DNA of 64,000 nt from Syntrophorhabdaceae bacterium (GCA_963665295.1 OY762209.1:3488001-3552000); one strand, 5' to 3'. Counted from the first letter of the stretch, positions 46,032 to 56,480 are shown. Translations and numbers: made by a program. The notes: generated from the letters alone by a model not told the origin.

Positions 46032-47314
46032 CGGCATACGGCGAGGTGGAAAAATTACTTTCCGACACTATCGGTTTTGATCCCGAGGTCATGGGGAGAA
46101 AGGTCATCGAGAGCGAAATAGATTCCCTGGTGAAGGCATTACAGGTGGATAACGTAGGCTTTTACGTGAAGGAACTGATGTCGGGTGGAGAGGAACTTGG
46201 GCGGCTCATCGAGAGGATCGTGGTCCCTGAAACCTGGTTTTTCCGTGACAGGGAATGTTTCAGGTTTCTCACTCGATACGCGAAAGAGGCGTGTGCAGGA
46301 AGAGGCGGTATTACCAGAGTTCTGTCCGCGCCGTGTTCCACAGGGGAAGAACCGTATTCCATCGCCCTTACCTTGATTGATGCCGGGTTGGAGCCGGAGA
46401 TGTTTCACATCGACGCCGTCGACATAAGCAGCACAGCCCTCCGGGTTGCCGCGGCCGCACGGTATGGAAGGTCTTCCTTCCGGGGAGGGACGACAAAGCG
46501 TTTCGAAGACCGATACTTTATCCCCGTGGAAGATAAGATGCAACTGAAGCCTCAAATTGCCGGACTCGTCAACTTTTCCCGGGACAACATCCTGAGAAGG
46601 GGCTTTTCGACTGATCGCGGGCCATACAGGATGATCTTCTGCAAGAACCTGCTTATATACCTCAATCCCGCCGCAAGGCAGAGACTCTTCGCGTGCCTCG
46701 ACCGCCTGCTCCTGCCGGAGGGAATACTCTTTACGGGCCACTCGGAACTTGCATCGTTTCTGCAATACGGATTCGAGCCGGTTGCGCACTCCAGGTCCTT
46801 TGCCTGCATTAAACGCGATGCCCGCTCTCCGAAAATGACGCATGCCGGAACGGACCGTCCGAAGGTTGCCGTATCCGCGCCCGTGCATATTCCCCTTCAG
46901 GACAAGCGGAAGGATGGGACGGTAACTGAGCGCTCCGATGCCCCGAGAGGCGATGCTGTCCCGGCGCGGCACGGGGCTGTTCCCAAATCGGGCCTTGAAG
47001 CTGTACGAAATATGGCGGACCGGGGCTCCCTGGGAGAGGCGTCGGACTTGTGCGAGCAGTACCTGAAAGAACATGGTACGGACAAAGAAGGGTATTGCCT
47101 GATGGGTCTCATCAGCCAGGCCCTGAAGCGGCTGGATCGGGCCGAAGGGTTCTTTCTCAAGGCCCTTTACCTTGATCCTGTGTATTATGAGGCATTACTC
47201 CATATGTCCCTTTTGTGTGATGAAAAGGGAGACGACGGGAGAGCTGAAATCTTCAGGCAGCGCATCAGGCGGCTTGACGAGGCGGATTCAAATGGCGGCG
47301 GAGGCAGACCATGA
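46028..47314 (+). CDS. cheR: CheR methyltransferase with C-terminal TPR (WspC-like)
   Basis: VPETWFFRD, PCSTGEEPYSIA, FCKNLLIY; KALYLDP..YEAL TPR. Confidence 0.92.
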   Translation: MTAYGEVEKLLSDTIGFDPEVMGRKVIESEIDSLVKALQVDNVGFYVKELMSGGEELGRLIERIVVPETWFFRDRECFRFLTRYAKEACAGRGGITRVLSAPCSTGEEPYSIALTLIDAGLEPEMFHIDAVDISSTALRVAAAARYGRSSFRGGTTKRFEDRYFIPVEDKMQLKPQIAGLVNFSRDNILRRGFSTDRGPYRMIFCKNLLIYLNPAARQRLFACLDRLLLPEGILFTGHSELASFLQYGFEPVAHSRSFACIKRDARSPKMTHAGTDRPKVAVSAPVHIPLQDKRKDGTVTERSDAPRGDAVPARHGAVPKSGLEAVRNMADRGSLGEASDLCEQYLKEHGTDKEGYCLMGLISQALKRLDRAEGFFLKALYLDPVYYEALLHMSLLCDEKGDDGRAEIFRQRIRRLDEADSNGGGGRP

Positions 47315-47988
47315 GCGAGAGGAGCGAAGAGAGGCCTGTGAATTGCTGGAAGGATACAGGGATCTCAGGAGACCTTTCCTGCCCGAAACTGGCTGAAGTG
47401 GTTCACTGCCGAAACTGCACGGAATATAACAGGGCGGGGAGGCAGCTTTTTGACCGGGAGATACCCGTCGGCTCCCTTGAGGAATGGACAAGAATCCTTA
47501 GTGGAGCCAAAGAAGAAAGGGCCGAGGAGACTATATCGGTGATCGTTTTCCGGATCGGAAAAGAGTGGCTCGCGCTGAAGACGATCTGCCTCCAGGAAGC
47601 GGCCGCCATGCGCGCCATCCACCATATACCCTTGCGCTCGAACAACGTATTCAAGGGGATAGTAAACGTGAACGGGGAACTTCTCCTGTGTATGTCCGCG
47701 GCGGACCTTCTCGAACGGGGAGGGGAAGGAGAAGGTGAAAATCCGGAGAAGGAGGCCTACGAACGGATGCTCGTAGTGAAGATAGAAGGGGAGCGTTACG
47801 TTTTTCCGGTGGGCGAGATTCTCGGTATTTTCCGCATTCCTCAGAGCAGCCTCTATGAACCCCCTGCGACCATGTCCAAATCACCCACAAGTTTCGTCAA
47901 GGCTATCTTCGATTATGAAGAGAGGAGGATAGGCCTTCTTGATGAGAGCAGGTTCCACCATTCACTGAAAAGGAGTCTATTGACGTGA
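47311..47988 (+). CDS. cheW: CheW adaptor with N-terminal Cys motif (WspD-like)
   Basis: CW..TGI.GD.SC..L....HCRNC; FRIGKEWLAL; GIVNVNGEL. Confidence 0.9.
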   Translation: MSERSEERPVNCWKDTGISGDLSCPKLAEVVHCRNCTEYNRAGRQLFDREIPVGSLEEWTRILSGAKEERAEETISVIVFRIGKEWLALKTICLQEAAAMRAIHHIPLRSNNVFKGIVNVNGELLLCMSAADLLERGGEGEGENPEKEAYERMLVVKIEGERYVFPVGEILGIFRIPQSSLYEPPATMSKSPTSFVKAIFDYEERRIGLLDESRFHHSLKRSLLT

Positions 47989-50264
47989 GCGACCCCGACC
48001 AGTTCGATTTGGAAGATCTTTCCCTGCTCGACCTTTTTCGCATTGAAGCGGAGAACTATACGAGAATTCTGGATAAGGGCCTCGTGGAGGTGGAAGCCAA
48101 TCAGAGCCCCGAGAAGATTGAGCCGCTTATGCGCGCCGCCCACTCCATCAAGGGCGCGGCCCGTATTGTAGGGCTCGATATTGTGGTGTCCCTCGCTCAC
48201 GCCATGGAGGATGTGCTGTCTCAGGCCCAGAAAGGAGGGCTGAGGCTGACCTCCCACCATATCGACCTGCTTCTGCAGGGTAACGATGTCTTGTCCCGGC
48301 TGTCTTCCACGGAAATATCCCTGATACCTTCATGGCTTGCGGAGGAGGCGGAAAGGATCGAAGGCCTCGGTTTGGCTATCCGGGAATCGGAGAAAGGCGG
48401 GGAGGCGATGGTTGAGAAGGAAAAGAGCCCTCAGCCGACCCCTGTTCCCGCTGCTCAGCCTGTCGATGTTCCGCTTCAGGAGAAGGCTGTCGTAAAGTCT
48501 CCGGCGAAGCCCGTGGAACGGGAGGAAGGGTCCGTGCGGGTAGTCTCGGGGAACCTCAACAGGCTTATGGGCCTGGCGGGTGAGTGTCTTGTACAGGCTA
48601 ACCTCACAAAGCCCTTTACCTCCTCTTTACTTAAGGCCAAGAATTTGCAGATGGAGCTTACCAGCGAACTTGAGGGTATATTCAACTCCATGGAGAAGAA
48701 AAGCGGGAGACGGGCAATCAGGGAAAGACTCGGCGGCACCCTGAGGGAATTGGATCAGATTCGGAGTCTCATGGGCGAGCACATAGAGAGTTTCGAGCTT
48801 TTCACGCGAAGCCTGGAACGTCTTGCGGACCGTTTATATTGCGAGGTTCTTGAAATAAGGATGCGCCCGTTCTCCGATGGTGTGATCGGATTCCCGAGAA
48901 TGGTGCGTGATCTTTCCAGGGAACTCGGCAAGAAGGTGAACTTCAGGATCATCGGTGAAGCGACAAGGGTTGACAGGGACATCCTGGAAAGATTGGAGGC
49001 GCCCCTTACCCACCTCCTCAGGAATGCCGTGGACCATGGATTGGAAGGACCGGAGGAGCGCCTTCAGGCATTGAAAGCAGGGGAAGGTTCCCTCATCCTT
49101 GAGGCGCGGCACAGTTCGGGAATGCTCCACATCAGCGTTACCGATGATGGTAAGGGCGTGGACATGGAAAAACTGCGCGCCAAGATCGTCCGGGATGGAC
49201 GGGTGCCCCCGGAGATGGCCTCAACCTTGAGCGCAGGGGAACTGCTCGACTTTCTCTTTCTTCCGGGATTCACCACGGCCTCCAAGGTCACTGAGGTTTC
49301 AGGGAGGGGAGTGGGCCTTGATGTGGTCCTCTCCATGGTTGAAGAGGTAGGGGGTTCGGTCCGGGCCGAATCGGAGCAGGGGAAGGGCACATCGTTCCAT
49401 CTCTATCTCCCCCTTACCCTGTCGGTGGTAAAGGGCCTGGTGGTGGACATCGGGCGTGAGCCCTATGCCATACCGCTGGCACGGATAGACCGGGTACTGA
49501 ACGTGGCGCGGGAAGACCTCGAAGTCCTGGAGGACAAGCAGTTTTACACCCATGAGAATGAGCACCTGGGCATTGTGGACGCCCACCAGGTCCTCGATAC
49601 GGCCCCTTCGGACGCGGTTTCTCCGGAGCTGCGTATTGCGGTGATCAGCGACCGCCTTAACCGGTACGGCCTTGTGGTGGACGGATTCCTTGGAGAGAGG
49701 GAGCTTGTAGTCATTCCTCTTGACGTCCGCCTGGGCAAGGTGCCTAATGTCAGCGCCGGCGCCATTCTTGAGGACGGGTCGCCTGCCCTTATCCTAGATG
49801 TTGACGATCTGGTGCGGTCCATCGACAACCTTCTCACTCACGGGACACTGCAAAGGGTTGGAGGCAAGAGCGAGCATCACGGCAGCGCGAGAAAGCGCAT
49901 TCTTGTAGTGGACGATTCTCTGACGGTCCGGGAGGTTGAGCGAAGACTTCTCGAAAAGGGCGGCTATGAGGTTATGGTCGGTGTGGACGGGATGGACGGC
50001 TGGAACCTTTTGCAGGGGGGAGGCGGGTTCGACCTCGTGATTTCCGATATAGATATGCCCCGCATGAACGGCATAGAACTAATTAGAAGGATCAAGAGCG
50101 ATCCGAGGCTCAGGAGTCTGCCCGTCATCATTGTTTCCTACAAGGACCGGGAAGAAGACAGGGTAAAAGGTCTCGAAGCGGGGGCCAATTACTACCTGAC
50201 AAAGAGCAGTTTCCACGACGAGGGCCTTACCAACGCGGTGAGGGATATGATTGGGGAGCCCTAG
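47985..50264 (+). CDS. cheA: Hybrid CheA kinase with C-terminal REC (WspE-like)
   Basis: MRAAHSIKGAAR Hpt, HLLRNAVDHG, SGRGVGLD, CheW domain, VVDDSLTVRE, SDIDMP. Confidence 0.95.
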   Translation: MSDPDQFDLEDLSLLDLFRIEAENYTRILDKGLVEVEANQSPEKIEPLMRAAHSIKGAARIVGLDIVVSLAHAMEDVLSQAQKGGLRLTSHHIDLLLQGNDVLSRLSSTEISLIPSWLAEEAERIEGLGLAIRESEKGGEAMVEKEKSPQPTPVPAAQPVDVPLQEKAVVKSPAKPVEREEGSVRVVSGNLNRLMGLAGECLVQANLTKPFTSSLLKAKNLQMELTSELEGIFNSMEKKSGRRAIRERLGGTLRELDQIRSLMGEHIESFELFTRSLERLADRLYCEVLEIRMRPFSDGVIGFPRMVRDLSRELGKKVNFRIIGEATRVDRDILERLEAPLTHLLRNAVDHGLEGPEERLQALKAGEGSLILEARHSSGMLHISVTDDGKGVDMEKLRAKIVRDGRVPPEMASTLSAGELLDFLFLPGFTTASKVTEVSGRGVGLDVVLSMVEEVGGSVRAESEQGKGTSFHLYLPLTLSVVKGLVVDIGREPYAIPLARIDRVLNVAREDLEVLEDKQFYTHENEHLGIVDAHQVLDTAPSDAVSPELRIAVISDRLNRYGLVVDGFLGERELVVIPLDVRLGKVPNVSAGAILEDGSPALILDVDDLVRSIDNLLTHGTLQRVGGKSEHHGSARKRILVVDDSLTVREVERRLLEKGGYEVMVGVDGMDGWNLLQGGGGFDLVISDIDMPRMNGIELIRRIKSDPRLRSLPVIIVSYKDREEDRVKGLEAGANYYLTKSSFHDEGLTNAVRDMIGEP

Positions 50265-50268
50265 AGGA

Positions 50269-51315
50269 ATGCGCATTGGAATTGCATATAACCACCCCCG
50301 GGAAGCGGAGATACTAAGCGAAATCATTGCCTCGCAGCCCGGTTACGACGTTGTCTGGATAGCCCGGGACGGAAGAGAGACAATCAGGAAGACTGAGACG
50401 GACAGTCCCGACCTTCTTTTGATGGGACTCGTACTTCCCGACCTGGGTGGCGCCGAGGCGACCCGGATCATCATGAAAGGACATCCGTGCGCGATCCTGA
50501 TTGTGAGTCCCTCCGTCAGTGAGAATGCGGCGCAGGTGTTCGAGGCAATGGGCAACGGGGCCCTGGATGTAGTGGGGGTTCCGACTTTCGATGAGAAAGG
50601 CCGTATCAAAGGCAAGGAAGAATTGCTCAAGAAGATCGCCACCATAGAAAAACTCATCAGAAAAGAAGAGGGACTCCCGAACGGCCTGCCCCGGTCCGTG
50701 AAAGACTCCGGGGGAGCGCGAAAACCTCTCATTGCCATAGGCTCTTCCACCGGCGGGCCTAAGGCCCTGGGACAGATCCTCTCGGCCCTGCCCGGGAGAC
50801 TCGGTGCTCCCGTAGTGATAGTACAGCATCTGGAGGCGCAGTTCGCCGGCGGTCTTGTCGAATGGCTCGGTCAGCAGACCAGGCTAAAAGTCGTTCTTGC
50901 AGAGGCCCATATGAAGCTTGAGCCTGACACCGTATTTGTGGCGGGCACGAACGACCATCTGGTTCTTGGTCCGGAACAGGCGTTGCACTACGTTGCCGAT
51001 CCTGTGGATTATCCCTTCCGACCCTCGGTGGACCGGTTCTTCCTCAGTGCAAGGGATTATTGGCCGGGAAAAGGGGTTGCGGTGCTCCTGACGGGCATGG
51101 GGAGGGACGGGGCAAAAGGGCTTCTCGCCCTGCGTCGGGCGGGCTGGCATACCATAGCCCAGGACGAAAAGACATCTGTCGTATATGGGATGCCCAAGGC
51201 CGCGATGGAGCTTGAAGCGGCAGTGAAGATTATGGCCGTCGAGAAGATAGCGGATGAAATAATAGCGCAAATAAGAATGAAGGAAGGATTACCCATTTAT
51301 GACAATGAACGATGA
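50269..51315 (+). CDS. cheB: CheB methylesterase with degenerate REC (WspF-like); start at ATG 50269
   Basis: GSSTGG, VQH, RPSVD, LTGMGRDG, VYGMP; REC reads LLLMGLVLP. Confidence 0.92.
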   Translation: MRIGIAYNHPREAEILSEIIASQPGYDVVWIARDGRETIRKTETDSPDLLLMGLVLPDLGGAEATRIIMKGHPCAILIVSPSVSENAAQVFEAMGNGALDVVGVPTFDEKGRIKGKEELLKKIATIEKLIRKEEGLPNGLPRSVKDSGGARKPLIAIGSSTGGPKALGQILSALPGRLGAPVVIVQHLEAQFAGGLVEWLGQQTRLKVVLAEAHMKLEPDTVFVAGTNDHLVLGPEQALHYVADPVDYPFRPSVDRFFLSARDYWPGKGVAVLLTGMGRDGAKGLLALRRAGWHTIAQDEKTSVVYGMPKAAMELEAAVKIMAVEKIADEIIAQIRMKEGLPIYDNER

Positions 51316-52501
51316 CAAGCAGCCTGCACCCGTGCCCATCCACCATGTGATTACCGTACTTCTCGTAGATGATCAGCCCATAGTGGGGGAAACGGTAAGA
51401 AGAATGCTCGCACCGGAAAAGGATATAGTGTTTCACTTCTGCAAAGACCCGACGGCTGCCATAAAGATGGCAGCCGAGATAGAACCCACCGTAATACTGC
51501 AAGACCTCGTGATGCCTGAGATAGACGGCCTCACTCTGGTCAAATTCTTCAGGGCCCACAGGAAATTGAAGGACGTGCCCCTCATTGTGCTGTCAAGCAA
51601 GGAGGAACCTTTGACCAAGGCCGAAGCTTTCTCGGTGGGTGCGAACGACTACCTGGTGAAGCTCCCCGACAGGATCGAATTGATAGCCCGCATCAGGTAC
51701 CACTCCAAGGGGTACATCAACCTCATTGAGAGGAACGAAGCGTACCAGGAGCTATTCAGAAGCCAGCAGGTGCTCGCTGCCCAGCTTGCGAGCGCGGCGG
51801 AATACGTGATTTCCCTCCTCCCGTCTGCGGTAACCGAGGGGGATTTGAGGACGGATTGGCGCTTTTTCCCCTCGGCTGAACTGGGAGGCGATGCGCTCGG
51901 TTACCACTGGATCGACGAATCACATTTTGCCATGTACCTCCTTGACGTGTGCGACCACGGGGTCGGTCCCGCGCTGCTCTCCGTTTCTGCCCTGAATGTG
52001 CTTCGCTCTCAGTCTCTGCCCAACACGGATTTCAAGAACCCCGGTGAAGTGCTGATTGCTCTCAATGACACCTTTCAGATGGAAAAGCAGAACAACCTTT
52101 ATTTTACTATCTGGTACGGCGTGTTTGACAAGGCAATGGGCCAACTGAAATATGCGAGCGCGGGTCATCCGCCGGCACTGCTCGTGCCGGAAGGGAAAGA
52201 CATTCAGGAGTTGATTACGCCGAATATGTTTATCGGCGGCATGGACGGCATAGTCTATACGAGCGGAACTGTGAATGTCGAACTTCCCGCGAAACTCTAC
52301 ATCTTTTCTGACGGCGCATACGAGATCGAAAGGCAGGATGGCTCCATGTGGAGTGTTCAGGGGCTCAAGGAGTTTATCACGAATGGCACGGGGAACGACC
52401 GGGAAGAGATAGATATCCTCTACCGGTCGCTCAAAGAGATGCGCGGTCTTAAGGACCTGGATGATGATTTTTCCATGTTAAAGATAGAGTTTTTGAGGTA
52501 A
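51299..52501 (+). CDS. Response regulator: WspR-type REC fused to PP2C/SpoIIE phosphatase
   Basis: LLVDDQ, PTVILQDLVMP, GANDYLVKLPD..ELIARIRYHS; ELGGD, DVCDHG, SAGHPP, FSDG, DDFS. Confidence 0.9.
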   Translation: MTMNDDKQPAPVPIHHVITVLLVDDQPIVGETVRRMLAPEKDIVFHFCKDPTAAIKMAAEIEPTVILQDLVMPEIDGLTLVKFFRAHRKLKDVPLIVLSSKEEPLTKAEAFSVGANDYLVKLPDRIELIARIRYHSKGYINLIERNEAYQELFRSQQVLAAQLASAAEYVISLLPSAVTEGDLRTDWRFFPSAELGGDALGYHWIDESHFAMYLLDVCDHGVGPALLSVSALNVLRSQSLPNTDFKNPGEVLIALNDTFQMEKQNNLYFTIWYGVFDKAMGQLKYASAGHPPALLVPEGKDIQELITPNMFIGGMDGIVYTSGTVNVELPAKLYIFSDGAYEIERQDGSMWSVQGLKEFITNGTGNDREEIDILYRSLKEMRGLKDLDDDFSMLKIEFLR

Positions 52502-52649
52502 GACGGGCCGGGGCATTTTGCACGGATAGGTGTTGCGCCTCATTCTTCCTTGATTTGTAAGGGTTTCTTGTATTAATATCTAGAAGCGGATCATTGTCCC
52601 GATAGATCAGGGAGTTTCCCGCTCTAATACCACACACCAAGAGGAACAG

Positions 52650-54020
52650 ATGGAAAAGAGGATTATTAAAGAGCTTGTGAGCGTCGTTGGGAAGGAGAAT
52701 GTCCAGACATCTCCGGAGGAGAGGCAATGTTACTCTTACGATGCGAGGACAGAAGGCACAGCCCCTGAAGTTGTGGTATTCCCGTCGTCCGCTGATGAGG
52801 TATCCCGTATCCTTAAAATGGCGAATGCCTATGGGTTTCCCGTCGTGCCGAGGGGATCGGGCACAGGACTTACGGGGGGTTCCGTTCCGGTGGCAGGCGG
52901 GGTAGTGCTCTCTTTTTCCAGGATGAACAGGATACTCGAAATCGACCCGAAGAATCTGATCGCCGTCGTGGAGCCTGGGGTAGTCACCTTCATCCTTCAG
53001 GAGGAAGCCGCCAAATACGGACTCTTTTATCCACCCGACCCCGCGTCTTACAAATACTCGAGTATAGGCGGGAACATCGCGGAGTGTGCAGGAGGGCCAA
53101 ACTCGCTGAAATATGGCGTCACGCGGGATTATGTGCTCGGTCTCGAAGCGGTATTGCCTACGGGCGAGATCATTAACCCCGGAGTCAGGACTATGAAAGG
53201 GGTGGTCGGCTATGATCTGGCGAGGCTCTTCGTGGGAAGTGAAGGCACGCTCGCGGTGGTAACGAAGATCACCCTGAAGCTCATCCCTCTGCCTGAGGCC
53301 AAAGCCACGATTCTGGCCCTGTTCAGTGAGGTGGACGAGGCGGCCGAAGCCGTTTCTGCCACAATTGCGGCAAAAGTGGTGCCTTCCACCATAGAATTTA
53401 TGGACAGAGCATCCATCCGGTGCTGTGAACAGGCCAACCCCATGGGCCTTCCCCCCGATATAGGCGGACTGCTTCTCATTGAAGTGGATGGCGGCGAAGA
53501 GTCCATCATCTCCCTCGCGGAAAAGGTGACAAAAATCATGGTTGCCCATCACGCCGTGGACTGTCGCATGACCAGAGACCCCAAGGAGGCGGACAAGCTA
53601 TGGCTCGCGCGGCGCACGCTCTCGCAGGCCCTCTATAATATAAACCCCGTGAAGATCGCAGAGGACGTCGTGGTGCCCCGTTCCAACATACCCGCCCTTA
53701 TCCACGCCCTTGAAGAGATGGGAAAGCGGTTCGGCATCCCGATCCTCAGTTTCGGTCATGCGGGTGACGGAAATTTTCACGTGAATATCATGATCAAGGA
53801 TACTCAGGAAGAGAGGGAAAAGGCGGAAGAAGCGGTAAAAGAGATATTTTCCGAAGCGTTGAGGCTTGGCGGTACCCTTTCCGGCGAGCACGGGATAGGG
53901 CTCTCCAAAGCACCCTATCTTGGGATGGAGTTAGCCCCGGACCTTATGAATACCATGAAGAAGATAAAACAGCTTCTCGATCCCAACAACATTCTTAATC
54001 CAGGGAAGATATTCGGTTGA
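52650..54020 (+). CDS. glcD: FAD-linked oxidase, GlcD / D-lactate dehydrogenase family
   Basis: PRGSGTGLTGG, YPPDPAS, KYGVTRDYV, GSEGTL, GHAGDGN, SGEHGIG, LNPGK. Confidence 0.88.
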   Translation: MEKRIIKELVSVVGKENVQTSPEERQCYSYDARTEGTAPEVVVFPSSADEVSRILKMANAYGFPVVPRGSGTGLTGGSVPVAGGVVLSFSRMNRILEIDPKNLIAVVEPGVVTFILQEEAAKYGLFYPPDPASYKYSSIGGNIAECAGGPNSLKYGVTRDYVLGLEAVLPTGEIINPGVRTMKGVVGYDLARLFVGSEGTLAVVTKITLKLIPLPEAKATILALFSEVDEAAEAVSATIAAKVVPSTIEFMDRASIRCCEQANPMGLPPDIGGLLLIEVDGGEESIISLAEKVTKIMVAHHAVDCRMTRDPKEADKLWLARRTLSQALYNINPVKIAEDVVVPRSNIPALIHALEEMGKRFGIPILSFGHAGDGNFHVNIMIKDTQEEREKAEEAVKEIFSEALRLGGTLSGEHGIGLSKAPYLGMELAPDLMNTMKKIKQLLDPNNILNPGKIFG

Positions 54021-54058
54021 TCGGACTGAGGTGAGACGGGGACGGATCCCGGGAGGCG

Positions 54059-54670
54059 TTACTCTTCGATCGGGTCGGGAAGGACAAGGACCATCTGGTT
54101 GTATTCGTGGAGTACCTTTTTCGTGAAGGGTGTGTGAGGAACGTACTCCTTCGATGCCTTCCTTCGCACCCTGTCTGAGCCGACATTGTACGCGTGGAGG
54201 GCGGTATTAAGGTTTTCAAACTTATCGATAAGACCCGAAAGGTGGTTCACACCGATCCTGATATTTTTCTCAGGTTCGTTAAGGGCCTTCGTTTCTTTAA
54301 CGGCGATTCCCGTATCCTTTGAGATATGGCGGGCAAGGGAAGGTTTGATTTGGAGCAGTCCCCGCGCTCCCTGTCTCGAGACCGCTTCGCTCCGGAAATT
54401 ACTTTCCACCTTTATGACTGCGAGAATAAGCCTGTAATCCACATCGTATTCGAGGGATTCTTCGTAAACCCTGTCGGCGATGGTCTTCAGTTTCGCCTCG
54501 GAGGTTCTGACCTGTTTCAGCTTGAGGTATTCGACTATCTTGGTTTTGATGTAATCGTTGCCTTTGCCTTGATCGGCACTGAAGGCCTTCAGGGAAAACG
54601 CGACGAGGACGAATACCGCGATCAGAAAAATGGAGACTGAAGCATATTTTATTTTGCGAACTAGTGGCAT
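54059..54670 (-). CDS. Lytic transglycosylase SLT-domain protein; start at ATG 54670
   Basis: LAVIKVESNF, GARGLLQI, ALHAYN motifs; N-terminal TM. Confidence 0.88.
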   Translation of the reverse strand: MPLVRKIKYASVSIFLIAVFVLVAFSLKAFSADQGKGNDYIKTKIVEYLKLKQVRTSEAKLKTIADRVYEESLEYDVDYRLILAVIKVESNFRSEAVSRQGARGLLQIKPSLARHISKDTGIAVKETKALNEPEKNIRIGVNHLSGLIDKFENLNTALHAYNVGSDRVRRKASKEYVPHTPFTKKVLHEYNQMVLVLPDPIEE

Positions 54671-54704
54671 GAACAATACTTTTACACCCCCGCAATGAGA
54701 AAAG

Positions 54705-56480
54705 TCAAGTTTTTTTTGCGCGACCCTGCGGCTTGCCGGCATATTTGGTCAATGATTGCGTACCCCTAGGTGTAAAAGGGTGATGTTTTGGAGCAGGTCC
54801 TTGAATCAAGGCTCTCCGTCTCTTCCGTTCCTGGAAGTCCTTCGCGACATAGAGCTTTTCCCCGGTGAAAGGATGCTCCCCGGTATAGTACATGCAGCCT
54901 GCCGCAGTGAGGGGGAGGGGGGTAAAATCCTGGACCTGCTCGGGATGCATTCCCCGCTTCCTGACATAAGAGGAGAGGACCTGTTCGTCTTCAACGGATG
55001 CCCCCGGGTGTGAAATGATAAAATAATTCACGAGATACTGATCTTTTCCCGTCCGTTTCGTCATTTCTCTGAACCTTTCGACGAAACGTTCATAGACCCG
55101 AAAATCGGGTTTGTTCATAATACGAAGGACGGAGGACGCCGCATGCTCGGGGGCCACCTTCATCCTGCCGCTGATATGATGCCTGCACAGGTGTTCAAGA
55201 TAGTCGGTAGAAGCATCGTCTACAAGGAGGTCGTACCTGATCCCGCTCTCAATGAACATGTGCTTGACCCCCGGGAGGGCCATGATGGCCTTGTAGAGAT
55301 CAATGCACTGCCTGTAGCCGAGCTTGAGCATCCCGCACTTGTCCGGAACAAGACAGTCCCTTTTGCCGCAGCCCCCCTGTTTCCAGAGCCGGCATTCGGC
55401 CCGGTAGAGGTTTGCCGTCGGTCCGCCCACGTCGGCGATCGTACCCCTGAACTCTTTCATTTCCGAGACTTTCTTTGCTTCCTCGACAATTGATCCCGCG
55501 CTTCTCGACTGGATTATCTTGCCCTGGTGCATCGACAGGGAGCAAAAGCTGCATCCGCCGCAACATCCCCTGTGCGAAATAATGGAGAACTTCACCGTTT
55601 CAAAGCCTGGAATGCCGCCTTTCTTCTCGTAAACGGGGTGGCAGGCCCGCGCGAAGGGGAGGCGGTAAATTGCGTCCAGGGCCTCCGTGCCGAGTGGCGG
55701 TGGCGGGGGGAATTGAATCACATACCGCCCGTCATAGCGCTGAAGGAGGGTCGCTCCTGTGAAGGGGTTCTGGTTCTCGTGAAGAAGCCTGAAGGCTTCA
55801 TTGAACCTTCTCTTGTCGTCACGCACCTCGTCATAGGAGGGCAATTCCAGGAACGATTCCTCTGTGGGAGGCTCCTTTCTTACTATTGCGGTCCCCCTGA
55901 TCCCGTGGAGGTCGGCCCCTCCCGCGATCCTCCGGGCTATCTCCAGGACCTGTGTCTCTCCCATCCCATATACGAGAATATCAGCCCTCGTATCGAGAAG
56001 GATGGACCGGCGCACCTTATTGTCCCACCAATCGTAGTGGGCCACCCTTCGAAGGCTTGCTTCAATCCCCCCGAGCACGATGGCTGCGTCGGGGAAGGCT
56101 TCTCTTATCCGGTTGGCGTAGACGATTACCGCCCGGTCAGGACGCAATCCGGCCTCTCCTCCAGGGGAATATGCATCCTGTCTCCTGGTTCTCTTGTTGG
56201 CTGTGTAATTGGCCACCATGGAATCGAGGTTTCCCCCGGTAACCCCGAAAAAAAGCCGCGGCTTTCCGAGGCGCGTAAAGTCGTCCGTCTTCTTCCAGTC
56301 GGGCTGGGAGATGACCCCTACGCGGTAACCCGCCGACTCAAGCATCCTCCCTATGACGGCAGTGCCGTATGAAGGGTGATCGACGTACGCATCGCCGGTC
56401 ACGAGGATTATATCCAGGCTATCCCAGCCCCTCGCTTTCACCTCTTCTCTGGTCATGGGGAGAAAATTATCCATAGTCAT
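54705..56480 (-). CDS. ygiQ: YgiQ-family (UPF0313) radical SAM protein
   Basis: GDAYVDHPS, GNLDSMV, HRGCCGGCSFC, GGPTAN, APEH, EQVQDFTP. Confidence 0.93.
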   Translation of the reverse strand: MTMDNFLPMTREEVKARGWDSLDIILVTGDAYVDHPSYGTAVIGRMLESAGYRVGVISQPDWKKTDDFTRLGKPRLFFGVTGGNLDSMVANYTANKRTRRQDAYSPGGEAGLRPDRAVIVYANRIREAFPDAAIVLGGIEASLRRVAHYDWWDNKVRRSILLDTRADILVYGMGETQVLEIARRIAGGADLHGIRGTAIVRKEPPTEESFLELPSYDEVRDDKRRFNEAFRLLHENQNPFTGATLLQRYDGRYVIQFPPPPPLGTEALDAIYRLPFARACHPVYEKKGGIPGFETVKFSIISHRGCCGGCSFCSLSMHQGKIIQSRSAGSIVEEAKKVSEMKEFRGTIADVGGPTANLYRAECRLWKQGGCGKRDCLVPDKCGMLKLGYRQCIDLYKAIMALPGVKHMFIESGIRYDLLVDDASTDYLEHLCRHHISGRMKVAPEHAASSVLRIMNKPDFRVYERFVERFREMTKRTGKDQYLVNYFIISHPGASVEDEQVLSSYVRKRGMHPEQVQDFTPLPLTAAGCMYYTGEHPFTGEKLYVAKDFQERKRRRALIQGPAPKHHPFTPRGTQSLTKYAGKPQGRAKKT

